DNA of 64,000 nt, from positions 13,351 to 77,350 of IMG/VR virus record IMGVR_UViG_637000224_000001, one strand, 5' to 3'. Both the position numbers and the translations under genes were made by a program. This document shows positions 1 through 9,761 of the stretch, one piece after another; the stretch's first letter is position 1, and every line of letters begins with the position of its first letter. The notes under the pieces are model-generated. The model was not told where the DNA came from and ran no database searches. It saw nothing but the letters and a program-made list of their open reading frames with translations. Source of the stretch: a virus. Its lineage: Duplodnaviria; Caudoviricetes.

Positions 1-339
1 CGAGCGCACCCACGGAGAGTCGTTGCGCAGCTCGACGTTGACTGTCGTCTCGTTGTCGATCGACGGAATGCCAGGAATGTACGACTGATCAACTGAACCG
101 GTTCGCCACTCCCACTTCACGTTTTGGAAATTCACGTTGCCGCTGGCATCGTTGATCGGCGTGTTGTCGAGGTATATGTCAGAAGCCGTCGGGGTGCCTT
201 CGAACTCGCCCTCTCCTACGGCGATGAGCAGCTTTGCCAAGTTGGTGGAGCGCAGGCTATCGGAGGCCTCGGTCGGCGACTTCGGACTGCTGCTGCCGCC
301 TTTTTCACCGCGGATATCGATCTTCAGTGCTGCGCCCAT
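1..339 (-). CDS. Tail tip / host specificity protein J, N-terminal part (runs off window)
   Basis: Manual translation MGAALKIDIRGEKGGSSSPKSPTEASDSLRSTNLAKLLIAVGEGEFEG...; follows gpI in lambda order; GGAG RBS. Confidence 0.85.
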   Translation of the reverse strand, partial: MGAALKIDIRGEKGGSSSPKSPTEASDSLRSTNLAKLLIAVGEGEFEGTPTASDIYLDNTPINDASGNVNFQNVKWEWRTGSVDQSYIPGIPSIDNETTVNVELRNDSPWVRS

Positions 340-354
340 GCTTTTCTCCAGGCA

Positions 355-380
355 TAAAAAAACCGCCTCGTGGGCGGTTT
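355..380 (-). terminator. Intrinsic terminator-like hairpin upstream of gpJ
   Basis: AAACCGCC-loop-GGCGGTTT stem followed by a T-run on the minus strand. Confidence 0.6.
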
Positions 381-394
381 GAAAGTGTTTATTT

Positions 395-1006
395 TTATAG
401 CGCGAGAGGCTCGGCGTAACTGACGTCCATCAAAATATCGCTTCCCTTTTCAAATAGCGCCTTTACAACCGACTTCTGATCCTCGTCTGCCGTCATATTG
501 AAGGTAAGCTGTTTGCCCCCTGGGGCTCTCATGGGAACTCCAAGGAGATTTCCGCTGCAGGAATATTCCAGCAGCGTGAAGCCTTCCCATAACATTCTCT
601 CAAGATCGTCCCATTGATGAAGCTCACGAAGATCATCAGACTTTGGAGCGTGCAGGTAATTACCTAGCCTTTCACCAATCGCACTCAGGCCCGGTGTCAC
701 AGGTGTGTACTTGCACAGAAGCAAAGGGAATCCGTCAGAGAATATCTTAATGTTAACCTCCTGCACGCATCCGGCAAATGCCCGCTCCACCTCTCTACCA
801 AGTGCAGCAATCTGCCATCCTTGTTTTTTTTTGGCCGTGACATCTTTTTGATGCTCAAGATACTCTCGATATCTTGACTCGATTCCGAACCTTAGTTCCA
901 ATGCACTGTAGAAATAGTATTCTGGCTTTTGTGCCCCTCTAGCGAAAAGCTTTTTACCTCTCACCAAATGATTCTTCGCGCCCCTAAAATAACTGTTCGC
1001 TTCCAT
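395..1006 (-). CDS. Moron, hypothetical protein, possibly HEPN-like helical fold
   Basis: 203 aa AT-rich ORF between gpI and gpJ; YSALELRFGIE and RLGNYLH segments. Confidence 0.6.
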   Translation of the reverse strand: MEANSYFRGAKNHLVRGKKLFARGAQKPEYYFYSALELRFGIESRYREYLEHQKDVTAKKKQGWQIAALGREVERAFAGCVQEVNIKIFSDGFPLLLCKYTPVTPGLSAIGERLGNYLHAPKSDDLRELHQWDDLERMLWEGFTLLEYSCSGNLLGVPMRAPGGKQLTFNMTADEDQKSVVKALFEKGSDILMDVSYAEPLAL

Positions 1007-1032
1007 GTTTTTCTCGAAAAGTCAAAGCTGTA

Positions 1033-1611
1033 TCATACCTTGTCTTCTGCGTAGATCGATGCAGAGATGATCGCCCCGCCCCAGCGCCGCTCACCGATAC
1101 AGATTGGGACAGGGTTGCCGCTGGCAGTGGTGTTCTTCGCACTGCCGAAGGCATAGGACGGCTGATTCTCTGGCGCTGCGCTCTGCTTGATACCTGCCGC
1201 TTGAGGGCTGAGCATCTGGATTACGCCGCCAGCCAGCAATGCAATGCCTGCGGGGGCCGTGGGGGCTCCGAAGAAGCTTGCTGCAATCAGGACAACGCCA
1301 AGGACAGTCTGTATCAGGCCTCCCCGCTTGCTGCCCTGCAGCACCGGCACAACCCTGACCTCGCGAGAACCTCCGAGTCCGAAGCCTTCCTCGCCGACGT
1401 TCTTGCCGTTGCGGAATATCGCGAAGCGCATGCCGAGTCGATCAAGTCGCCGGATCTCGTCAGCAAAGCCTTCCAGTGTCGCCTTCAGGGCTTTGAACAC
1501 CTCCCAGGTCTGGCCGGAGTCGATCTGCCTGCGGTGCACCCTGCCGAACTTGCGCGCCAGTGATCCGGATAGCTTGATCGTGGTCATGGGTGAGTAGTGA
1601 ATAGCTGCCAT
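1033..1611 (-). CDS. Tail assembly protein I (lambda gpI-like)
   Basis: Ubiquitin-like N-terminus IKLSGSLARKFGR, C-terminal GNPVPICIGERRWGGAIISA. Confidence 0.92.
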   Translation of the reverse strand: MAAIHYSPMTTIKLSGSLARKFGRVHRRQIDSGQTWEVFKALKATLEGFADEIRRLDRLGMRFAIFRNGKNVGEEGFGLGGSREVRVVPVLQGSKRGGLIQTVLGVVLIAASFFGAPTAPAGIALLAGGVIQMLSPQAAGIKQSAAPENQPSYAFGSAKNTTASGNPVPICIGERRWGGAIISASIYAEDKV

Positions 1612-1627
1612 GTGTTTCTCCGGACAT

Positions 1628-1651
1628 GAAAAAGCCGCCCGGAGGCGGCCT
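1628..1651 (-). terminator. Intrinsic terminator-like hairpin upstream of gpI
   Basis: GCCGCC-TCCG-GGCGGC then TTTT on the minus strand. Confidence 0.55.
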
Positions 1652-1667
1652 CATAGTTTGTTCGTCT

Positions 1668-1904
1668 TTAGGGTTTTCTGCCGTACTTGGCTTTGAAATC
1701 TGCTTCGAATTTTTCACAGGTTGGGACGACTATAGATAATGCTGCTGAGTTACCTGCGTGCTTACGCTCATCCTCACGGCAAAGCTCAATCGCTGTTTTG
1801 GCGCGTTCTTTTTCCATCCATTCCGGGTCGTTTTTAGCGGATGTGCCAATAACTAAGAGCGCTCCCAGTCCGATGAGAATGGCGAGGACAATTTTCCAGA
1901 TCAT
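1668..1904 (-). CDS. Small membrane-anchored hypothetical protein (moron)
   Basis: Start re-called at ATG 1904 (MIWKIVLAILIGLGALLVIG, N-terminal TM), 78 aa, two Cys. Confidence 0.7.
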   Translation of the reverse strand: MIWKIVLAILIGLGALLVIGTSAKNDPEWMEKERAKTAIELCREDERKHAGNSAALSIVVPTCEKFEADFKAKYGRKP

Positions 1905-2177
1905 GCATAGACCCCCTTTTAGATGGTCGCAATCTACCATCCCGAACAGGGCAGAAAAAGAAAAGGCACCAGAAGGTGCCCAATCGTTGCTGTGTTCGGC
2001 CATAACTTGCCGTACCTTACAGCGCCTCGCTTAGCCGCATCGAGCCGTGCCAAATCAAAGCGCATGATGGTTGCTCACCGTAATGCCGAATGACACCAAT
2101 CGGCATCCTGTGGGGGCTCGTCCTCTTGAATGTACAAAGGCCGGTACGACTCAGAAAGCGCGCTTCGTGGCGAGGCG

Positions 2178-2471
2178 TCATTTACGGAATACTGCCCAAA
2201 GCACGCCTATTACAATCAGAGCTGCAAAAACGTAAGAGCCGACGCCTGGCTTAGCGGCCGAGCCAGGGTCGTTTGGATTGGAGCGAGCCGTCTTATACAG
2301 TTTCGAGGTCGAAACACCCATACCTGGGATGCCCGCCGTGACCCGCGTTCCTTTCTTGCCAATATTAGTCGTAAATCCCTTACCGCCGATCGAGGTACTG
2401 ACCCCGCTTTTACTCACGTTGAGACGAACACCAGGAGCGATTTTGAAGCTTTTACGTATGCGCAGGGCCAT
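2178..2471 (-). CDS. DUF4236-type protein with C-terminal TM helix
   Basis: MALRIRKSFKIAPGVRLNVSKSGVSTSIGGKG signature. Confidence 0.8.
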   Translation of the reverse strand: MALRIRKSFKIAPGVRLNVSKSGVSTSIGGKGFTTNIGKKGTRVTAGIPGMGVSTSKLYKTARSNPNDPGSAAKPGVGSYVFAALIVIGVLWAVFRK

Positions 2472-2640
2472 GGATTCAGTTCCTTTGAATAACCAATATC
2501 ACGGAGCCACCATTATACGCTCGTTTTCGAGATCAGGAAGGCTGTCCACACATCCAGCGTGGATGGAATGCCAGTGGCGTCAAAACAGTTCGAGTAGTAG
2601 CGTCTTGCCTCGCTTGACGCTTACCCAACGAGTTCCACTT

Positions 2641-2943
2641 ATGAACGATCCAAAACAGGCTCTCGATAAAATAGAGGATCTCCTCAGCGCCGCACGCGGC
2701 ACTGACGATCTGTTTCAGCGTGCTGCGGCCTTCAGTGCGATATCCATCCTTGTGAAGAACTTGGATGACTATTTCAAAGAGCGTGCCCCATACGCTGGTG
2801 AAAATATTGAGCGTCTGCGCTCTCACGCATCGTCAATGCTCGGATACGACGTGACGCTTGGCCACAGCACAGAGCAGCATCACGTCTGGGCTCTATCTGC
2901 AATTTCGGCGCTGAGCGAAGCTCTCGACAAGCTCGGTAGATAA
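2641..2943 (+). CDS. Hypothetical protein (antisense moron)
   Basis: ATG 2641, MNDPKQALDKIEDLL..., 100 aa, opposite to tail operon. Confidence 0.6.
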   Translation: MNDPKQALDKIEDLLSAARGTDDLFQRAAAFSAISILVKNLDDYFKERAPYAGENIERLRSHASSMLGYDVTLGHSTEQHHVWALSAISALSEALDKLGR

Positions 2944-2972
2944 AGGATTTTCCGGTCACTGGCCCTGTCGCA

Positions 2973-3737
2973 TCACGTGGTCGAGTATGCTTCTTTGTGC
3001 CTGAGAATCAGGCGAGTCCTGTCCAGCCAAGGGCCGCCGAAGACGATTATCTCGCTGCGCCTGCCGTACAGGTGGTGCAGCAGGAAAGGGCCGGGGCCGA
3101 ATACCCCGCCTTCCTCACCGGTCAGCGAAGCGTCCCCGCCGAGATAGATGCCAGCGTGGTTCGGGTGCTTCGTCCGCCCTACCTCCATCACGATCATGTC
3201 GCCGCGCTGCGGCTGATCAACCCTGACGAACCCGGCCGCCTCGTAATTGGCTTCATACAGGCTTTCCGCATCCGCACTTTCCCACCATCCGTCTGTACGC
3301 TCAAATGCTTCGAACTCCAGGCCGAACTCGCGCTTGTACCAATCGGCGCAGACCTGCCAGCAGTCCCACGCACCATGCACGAACTGGCGTTTCAGAAGCG
3401 GTGTATTCCCACTCGGCACGATGGTGCGCAGGTCGCCTTCGGGCCAGCTGAGGATATGCCAGGGCAGTTCCGTCGCTTCGCACATCGCCAGGTCGCGAGG
3501 TGACGGCCTGCTGGTCGCGTCGGGGTGCGAGTGGACAACTCCGATGATGGCGCCCAGTTCTTCCGCCGCTGCGTAATCCTCGGGGCTGATGCGGAACTCT
3601 TCGTTTGGATCGGTCGCCGAGTTGGAGCAAGGAAAGTACTGCTGCTTTCGCCCCACGCTCAGGAGCAACCCGCAGCACTCGCGCGGGTACTCAGCCGCCG
3701 CATGCGTCTGCACGGCCGCCAAAATGTATTTCAGCAT
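2973..3737 (-). CDS. Tail assembly protein K (JAB/MPN + NlpC/P60)
   Basis: YPRECCG, HSHPD JAB motif; DCW and NHAGIYLG NlpC motifs. Confidence 0.93.
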   Translation of the reverse strand: MLKYILAAVQTHAAAEYPRECCGLLLSVGRKQQYFPCSNSATDPNEEFRISPEDYAAAEELGAIIGVVHSHPDATSRPSPRDLAMCEATELPWHILSWPEGDLRTIVPSGNTPLLKRQFVHGAWDCWQVCADWYKREFGLEFEAFERTDGWWESADAESLYEANYEAAGFVRVDQPQRGDMIVMEVGRTKHPNHAGIYLGGDASLTGEEGGVFGPGPFLLHHLYGRRSEIIVFGGPWLDRTRLILRHKEAYSTT

Positions 3738-3739
3738 GG

Positions 3740-4489
3740 TCAGCTCCGAGCGATCAGGGATACGGCGGGGAAACCGCCAAAGGGTACTTCGTTGCCAGCC
3801 CCGAAGCGCGGCGTGCAGCCGCGCGTCAGCGTGGCATCGCAGACATCAAGTTCAGGGTTATCGGTGGGCTGACCGTCCTTGTCGACGTATGGCCCGGTGT
3901 AGCCGCAGTTTGGCCCGCGATATCCACCAGTGAGGCACCAGTGACAAAGCGTGGTCATCTGCCGGCCAATCGATTCGCCGCCGACGTCGCCCGGGCTGGC
4001 CAGCTCCCAGCTGACCGTTTCACCGTCCTCATTGGTTTTCTGATCGAGATACCAGACCTCGATAGACTCCTGAGTAGGATCAGCGTCGGGGTTGCCGCCA
4101 GGAAAGTTCTCGGCGTCCAGGTACCTGCCGAGCGTATGGCGCATCGTAAGCTTGAACTCGAGCAGATCCTCGAATGCCAAACAGAGCGCCGTGATGCGCC
4201 CGTTGACGTTACCCACGGAAAGCGTGGGCCGGACTGCCGTACCGTCGCCATTCGCTTCAATGCCGTCAATCTGCATGGGCCAGGCCCCATACTCATTGCC
4301 TTGCCACCAGATTGATTTGGCGGGCAGCTGATCAGCCTCAAGGCCGGCTGCTATCAATTCAGCGGCAGTGTGCGGGATGGCATGACCGTGGAAGCGCAAA
4401 ATGTCTGCGCCGTAATCAGAGCCATCGAGCTCAAACAGCAATGCTTCGCTGCCTGGCTCAAGCGCCTGGATGTCAGCAATCAACGGCAT
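3740..4489 (-). CDS. Minor tail protein L
   Basis: C-terminal CHWC...CGY...CD...GC Fe-S Cys pattern and FGGFP. Confidence 0.93.
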   Translation of the reverse strand: MPLIADIQALEPGSEALLFELDGSDYGADILRFHGHAIPHTAAELIAAGLEADQLPAKSIWWQGNEYGAWPMQIDGIEANGDGTAVRPTLSVGNVNGRITALCLAFEDLLEFKLTMRHTLGRYLDAENFPGGNPDADPTQESIEVWYLDQKTNEDGETVSWELASPGDVGGESIGRQMTTLCHWCLTGGYRGPNCGYTGPYVDKDGQPTDNPELDVCDATLTRGCTPRFGAGNEVPFGGFPAVSLIARS

Positions 4490-4498
4490 GAGATGTCC

Positions 4499-4837
4499 TT
4501 AAGGGTGGAAGGCCCGGTCGAACGTGGCCGTCAATTTGAATACGTTGCCACCCATCGGGGTCGGCACTGGATTTTTGCAGGTGAACAGACCCAGCTGGCC
4601 GAGCGGTGTGGTCCAGAGGAACGCTTTCGCTCCGGCGTGCTTGTCGAGGAACTCCATAATCTTCAGAATCCTATCCTTCGTTCCGGTGAATGTGATCGGG
4701 TATGAGTCCTCCTTGTTATTCGGCCCGTCTCCGACGTCCTGCTTGTAGCCATTGCCGAACTGGGAGGTGCGCACCCGATAAGCGATATCGGGCGCGTCTC
4801 CGTGCTGGGTAGGCCAGGTAAAGGTTTCAATCGCCAT
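4499..4837 (-). CDS. Minor tail protein M
   Basis: FGNGYKQ, FLDKHAGAKAFLWTTP. Confidence 0.92.
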   Translation of the reverse strand: MAIETFTWPTQHGDAPDIAYRVRTSQFGNGYKQDVGDGPNNKEDSYPITFTGTKDRILKIMEFLDKHAGAKAFLWTTPLGQLGLFTCKNPVPTPMGGNVFKLTATFDRAFHP

Positions 4838-4839
4838 AA

Positions 4840-7800
4840 TTACCTGCCATTTGTGAGCCTCCAGATCGAACCACCAGGTTGCAGCGCGCGAGCGATTGCA
4901 GTCTCGGCCTCGGTTTTTGCCGCCTGCTGAATGCCCTTGCCGAGCTGAGTGGACGCTTCCTGCGTGCTTGAGCTGCCCGAATCGCCAGACGTCTGGACAG
5001 ATACCGAGACGGGGAAGTTGTAGGTGTTGCTTTCGCTACTGCCGCCTCCGCTCAGCGCGCGGACGCCAAGCTGGCCGCTGGGAGTGCGAGTGAGCGGCAT
5101 GATTGCCTCGTCGCCCGCCTCACCCATAACCCCAACTCCGCCGCCAGAGATGCCGAACGCTGTTGGCTTGCTGACGATGCTGTTGGTGAACGCCCCGCCG
5201 TTGGCGAACATCTGCACGCCGTTGGACCAGGCACCGCCTTTGGCCTGGGCCACTCCTGACCAGCCGCTCAATGCTGAGTTGCTGTAGCCTGCCGCGCTCG
5301 CGCCAGCGTTTGATGAGATAGCGCCTGCCGAGCCTGATGCAAGCCCGTTGCCGGTGCCGCCAGTAAAATAGCTGGTGGCAGCACCTACCAGACTGCTCAG
5401 CAGCGCTGAGCTTGCTTGACGGGTAGCAATCCTTGCCATGTCGGCCAAGATTGATTTGGTAAAGTCTGAAAACGACCCCTTGCCAGTTATCGCGAAGTTT
5501 GCGACCGAATCTTCCATGCTGCTGAACGCACTCGTGAACAGGCTCTTGGTCTGCCCGGCCACGTCCCTGGCCGATTCCAGATAGTTCTGGAAGGCCGATG
5601 ATGCGCCAGCACTCCAACTGCCCTGGGCAACGGTCATGTAGTCATAGCTGGCCTGGACCGCGTCGCGTAGATCCTGCTGATTTTTGTTGAGCGCAGCCAG
5701 CTTCAGGTTGTACTCGTCGAGGCTCATCCCCCGAGAGCCATCACCGTATTGGTTGGCCAGCTCGACCTTCTGCTGGTTAATCCGGTCATCTACGGAGTTC
5801 TGCTGGTCCGTCAGCCCACGCTGACGATCCCCCATGCCAAGAGAGGAAGCAGATCGCTGCCCCTGCTCGCGCAAGGTTTTTACCTGCTGCTCCAGTGCTG
5901 CGGTATAGGCAGCCACAGCCAAACGCTGTTTTTCGAGCCTGCCCTTTTCTGATGTGGCAAGAACTTCCTGTTCAGTCTCAGCTTTCTTCTGCGCCTCCAA
6001 CATCGAAGTTCGAGCGTCGGCGATCTTTTGGTCGAGCTGGATTCGCTGCTCAGCGCTGGTAGACGCCTTGCCCCTGAGCGTCTCAAGCGCATCAATTTCA
6101 ACCTGATAGGCAGAAGTGATATCGCCTTTCTGCTGATCTATGATTGCTGCACGCTGGCTGGCGTAAGACTCAGCGGAAATCAGCCCGGCTTTCTGCGACG
6201 CCTCCAACTCCTTCTGGATGCCGTCGTAATAACCGTTTATCGACTTGAGCTGATTTTGCGCTGTGTTGAACGCGGTCATATCCAATGCGGACGTAGGTTT
6301 CGCCGGATCCTTGAATTGATCGGCGATGTTGCTCTTTATCTTTGAAACGTTTTCCGGCTTGAGGCGATCGTCTGTCGGGTTGACCTTTCTAATCGCCTCC
6401 AGATTTCTCTCATATGCCTTGAGAGCCTCTGACCTTTTCTCCGCATTAGTCCTGGACGACTTTTCCAGCTCGTCGACCTTCGTCGCAGCAAGCACCGCGG
6501 CGCGCTGTGCGCTTTGTTGTTCACCAGTTTTCTTGGCCTCTCCTGCCTGAACGTCTCGAGCTTTCTCGAGAAGCTTAAGCCGATCCTGCAGCACCCTTGT
6601 GGATTCGCTTCCCTCAAACAGACCGGACAGCCAGCCTGTTTTCCGATCCTCAAGAATCTTTTTGGTGTTGGTTATTTGCTCGTCGAGACTTTGATCTCGC
6701 CCGACATCCCGCATCGCGTCCCAAGCAAGTTTCGCGTTGTCGCCTACTTTTTTCCAGCCAGCCTCAAGAATCCCAAGGTTCGCGGTTATTTGTTCGGTCC
6801 GGGTATTTGTCGCGTCGGCATACGACTTAAATGCCACCTCTGCTGCTGCCTGGGTCTGCCCTTGGCGCTCAAGCGCGGCAATCTGCGAATAGGTCGCCGC
6901 AGTCAGGTAGTTCAACTGCTCCGTGAACTCCAATGAGGCCTTCAGAGGCTCCTTGGCGAGCTTCTCGAAGTTCTTAACGGTCTCCGCAGTCGACTTCCCT
7001 GTCGCGTCTTCCATGTTGGCGGCGGCAGTAGCAATCATCTGAAAATACGATGCTGAGATCCGGGTCGACCCAGAAAGCAAGGTAAGGGTCTGCGAAGCTT
7101 CATTCACTGTCCCATTGGCGCTGGAAACAGCTCTCGCCATGTCGCTGAGCTGTCCAGCGGTTGTGCCTGCTGTGTTGCCTGTCATGATCAAGGCAGTGGT
7201 ATACGCGGTTGCCTCGCTGCTCCCCTGCTTATATGCCACCCCCAATGCAACGAGCGCGGCGGCTGCAGCTGCGGCACCTACGAGGACTGCACCAATACCA
7301 ACGCTAAGACCACCCCCTGCCGCCCTGAGCGCATCAGCTGCCTCTTTGGCGTTCTTGCCAGCGTCAGCTGCCGTGTTCGCCCCCTCCGCAAGGCTTCCGA
7401 TACCATCGCCCGCAGCCTCAGCACCTTCTGCAGCAGCCTTACCGCCGCTACCTACTGCTTGCAAGGCGTCACCAATCGAACCGATTCCACCGCCTATACC
7501 GAGAATGGATTTGATCTTTCCGCCGAGGACATCAATCGTCGGTCCAATACCACCGAACGAGTCTTTGATCTGCATACCTTGCTGGAGGAAAACCTGCAGC
7601 GGATTTTGCCCACCTATGAGGCTTGTGAAGATATCGCTGAACTGACTGGGCAACTGACGCAACGCAGCCTGAGTCTGTGCAGCTGATACGCCCGCGCTTT
7701 TGACGCTTTCACCGAACTCACCAAGCTTCTGACGGGACGCGTCAATCCGGGTGGAGTACTCCTTGAACGTATCGGCATCGATGAGCCCAGCGTTCTTGTA

Positions 7801-8325
7801 TTTCTGGAGCTGTGCCTGCTGCTCATCAAGTTTGCCGAGCGCTGTCAGCGTAGGGTTGATTTTACCCAGCAGCGCTTGAAGCCCTTCAGCCTCAACGCCG
7901 GTAGCAGCCGCTGCCTTCTTCGTGGATTCAGCAAGTTGGTCGGTCGACCCTACCAAGGCATCAGAATCAGCCTGCAATCGACGCCGAAGCGCTGCCAGGC
8001 TGCTGGCAGAAGAGCTTGAAGCGTCCACAGCCGCCGTGTTTCCGGTGACACTGGTTGTAAGGCGCTGGTAGTACTCGCTCGAATCCAGCGAAGCCTTGGC
8101 CATCGCTGTGAGGCGAGCGATCGCCTGATCCGTAGTTTCGTTGAGCTTCCCCTCGGCCGAGGACAGGCTCGACGCCGCAGTCGATGCTTTGTCGAAGCCC
8201 GAGGAAACCCCATCAGCGGCTTTCTCTGCCCGGCCGCCAGCGGCAGCCAGCTTGTCCAGATCGGTAGCGGCCTGCGCGGCATCGCCGGAATCAACCTTGA
8301 TCCCGAGTTCTGCAATGGTCGTCAT
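4840..8325 (-). CDS. Tail tape measure protein (lambda type)
   Basis: 1161 aa Ala-rich helical; LQQGMQIKDSFGG; C-terminal VMGEAGDEAIMPL. Confidence 0.95.
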   Translation of the reverse strand: MTTIAELGIKVDSGDAAQAATDLDKLAAAGGRAEKAADGVSSGFDKASTAASSLSSAEGKLNETTDQAIARLTAMAKASLDSSEYYQRLTTSVTGNTAAVDASSSSASSLAALRRRLQADSDALVGSTDQLAESTKKAAAATGVEAEGLQALLGKINPTLTALGKLDEQQAQLQKYKNAGLIDADTFKEYSTRIDASRQKLGEFGESVKSAGVSAAQTQAALRQLPSQFSDIFTSLIGGQNPLQVFLQQGMQIKDSFGGIGPTIDVLGGKIKSILGIGGGIGSIGDALQAVGSGGKAAAEGAEAAGDGIGSLAEGANTAADAGKNAKEAADALRAAGGGLSVGIGAVLVGAAAAAAALVALGVAYKQGSSEATAYTTALIMTGNTAGTTAGQLSDMARAVSSANGTVNEASQTLTLLSGSTRISASYFQMIATAAANMEDATGKSTAETVKNFEKLAKEPLKASLEFTEQLNYLTAATYSQIAALERQGQTQAAAEVAFKSYADATNTRTEQITANLGILEAGWKKVGDNAKLAWDAMRDVGRDQSLDEQITNTKKILEDRKTGWLSGLFEGSESTRVLQDRLKLLEKARDVQAGEAKKTGEQQSAQRAAVLAATKVDELEKSSRTNAEKRSEALKAYERNLEAIRKVNPTDDRLKPENVSKIKSNIADQFKDPAKPTSALDMTAFNTAQNQLKSINGYYDGIQKELEASQKAGLISAESYASQRAAIIDQQKGDITSAYQVEIDALETLRGKASTSAEQRIQLDQKIADARTSMLEAQKKAETEQEVLATSEKGRLEKQRLAVAAYTAALEQQVKTLREQGQRSASSLGMGDRQRGLTDQQNSVDDRINQQKVELANQYGDGSRGMSLDEYNLKLAALNKNQQDLRDAVQASYDYMTVAQGSWSAGASSAFQNYLESARDVAGQTKSLFTSAFSSMEDSVANFAITGKGSFSDFTKSILADMARIATRQASSALLSSLVGAATSYFTGGTGNGLASGSAGAISSNAGASAAGYSNSALSGWSGVAQAKGGAWSNGVQMFANGGAFTNSIVSKPTAFGISGGGVGVMGEAGDEAIMPLTRTPSGQLGVRALSGGGSSESNTYNFPVSVSVQTSGDSGSSSTQEASTQLGKGIQQAAKTEAETAIARALQPGGSIWRLTNGR

Positions 8326-8335
8326 GAGCGCTCCG

Positions 8336-8656
8336 TTATTTCGATTCGCTCATCACGAGCAATGCTTCGACTTCCAGTGTGCGGAGGTCGGGAAAGATGC
8401 CAGGTAGTTCGTGCCGTTTGATGCCCACCATGTGCGCCGTGGCGGGGATGGCGGAGTAATCAAGGCCTGAAGCGCCGCCCGGCCCGGTACGCCACTGAGT
8501 GGAGAGCGATTCGAACAGGCGAAACGCCTTCCATGAGTCGGGCCAGACCTCGACCTCTTCGACGGGAATGTCAGCCAGCGTCATGCCAAAAGCGGCGAGC
8601 TCCTGCTCCGACGGACCGGGCTCATACAGCGCCCGGGCCGCCGCCTTCAGTTTCCC
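8336..8656 (-). CDS. Tail assembly chaperone, -1 frameshift extension (gpGT-like)
   Basis: Frame reached by -1 slip at G GGA AAC reads GKLKAAARALYE...; WRTGPGGASGLDY. Confidence 0.85.
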   Translation of the reverse strand, partial: GKLKAAARALYEPGPSEQELAAFGMTLADIPVEEVEVWPDSWKAFRLFESLSTQWRTGPGGASGLDYSAIPATAHMVGIKRHELPGIFPDLRTLEVEALLVMSESK

Positions 8657-9030
8657 AGGCGTGCGGGGTCGTAGGCCGACTGGTATGCGTCGATGACTGC
8701 CTGAGGCGCGCCAACACAAGTGGTCACCAGCGCGGCAACGGCCTCGTCGGTGAACTTGTCGTCGAAGGACCAGCCGGTCACGACGTCCTTGATCTGCTCG
8801 ACCTGCAGAGCGATCTCGGAAGCGGTTACTTCCTGCCAGGTGATGCCGTCGTCGGTGTGCTTCGAGTTCAGCTCAGCACGAACCTTATTCCAGCGCCCGA
8901 ACATCTCGGCCAGCTCTGTGCGGTCCATATATTTGAATTCGAACTCCACCTTCACCGCGGCTTCGCCGATGCGGGGAATCATCACCGGCGCTTTGAACGT
9001 CGGGTTCTGGGCGATCTTGATCTTGGCCAT
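8647..9030 (-). CDS. Tail assembly chaperone (gpG-like)
   Basis: Between tail tube and tape measure; ends at slippery site before TGA. Confidence 0.88.
   Translation of the reverse strand: MAKIKIAQNPTFKAPVMIPRIGEAAVKVEFEFKYMDRTELAEMFGRWNKVRAELNSKHTDDGITWQEVTASEIALQVEQIKDVVTGWSFDDKFTDEAVAALVTTCVGAPQAVIDAYQSAYDPARLGN
8650..8656 (-). promoter_or_regulatory. -1 programmed frameshift slippery heptamer GGGAAAC
   Basis: CTG GGA AAC TGA on minus strand, X XXY YYZ phase, -1 frame open to 8336. Confidence 0.85.
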
Positions 9031-9033
9031 GGG

Positions 9034-9690
9034 TTACGCCACCAATGCCGAGTAACGGGTTGGACGACCGGCCAGTGACAAGGTCATCACGCGGGTCATC
9101 AGGTTGTTTCGGCCCAGCGTCGGCGTCGTGGTGATGGACACGTAAGCGTTGTAAACGATGCTGCTGCCGCCTGGCAGGTTCAAACGAAGCACGCGGGCCT
9201 GCTTGTCATCATCGGCAGCCTCCACCACAGCCACATAGGGAAGGTCTGGATCGTCCGCCACGGTAAAAGACATGCTGATCGGGTTTTTGGTGGTTGGCAT
9301 CTGACGATCATCGTCGTCGGCGAGGAAGCCAAAGGTCAGAAACTGCTGGTCACCACCACTGGTGTTTACCTCGGTGATTTGAGGCACCTCGACAAAGCTG
9401 GTCACCTTGCGCACTGAGCCGGTGCCTGAACCAGCCGGGTATGGCTGCAGATTGGTGGTGTTGATGTTTTCCAGCGCAAACGTCCCGCTCAGGCTTTTGG
9501 AAACGCGAGTGGCGCGATCATTCAGGCGAGTCCAGCCCGACGTTACGGCGATGATGTCACCGTCAGCCAGGCCGTGCGCAGCGGCGGTGGCAACAGCCGG
9601 ATTTGCATTGCTCAGTGCAGTTACCGGGATTGCCGCGCCATAGGCGGAGGCGATCTGAAGGGTTGCGCCGTTGGGGAGTCTGAAGCCCAT
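9034..9690 (-). CDS. Major tail tube protein
   Basis: MGFRLPNGATLQIA..., position after tail terminator. Confidence 0.88.
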   Translation of the reverse strand: MGFRLPNGATLQIASAYGAAIPVTALSNANPAVATAAAHGLADGDIIAVTSGWTRLNDRATRVSKSLSGTFALENINTTNLQPYPAGSGTGSVRKVTSFVEVPQITEVNTSGGDQQFLTFGFLADDDDRQMPTTKNPISMSFTVADDPDLPYVAVVEAADDDKQARVLRLNLPGGSSIVYNAYVSITTTPTLGRNNLMTRVMTLSLAGRPTRYSALVA

Positions 9691-9761
9691 GTTGGTTTTC
9701 CTCTGTGCAGAAATGACAAAACCCGCTCAATGGCGGGCTCTGGGTTTGCCCAATGGGCGAA

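Noticed and set aside
2973-3737. JAB domain as a CBASS or Ubl-system component
   Set aside because: Fused to NlpC/P60 in canonical L-K-I tail order, an ordinary gpK
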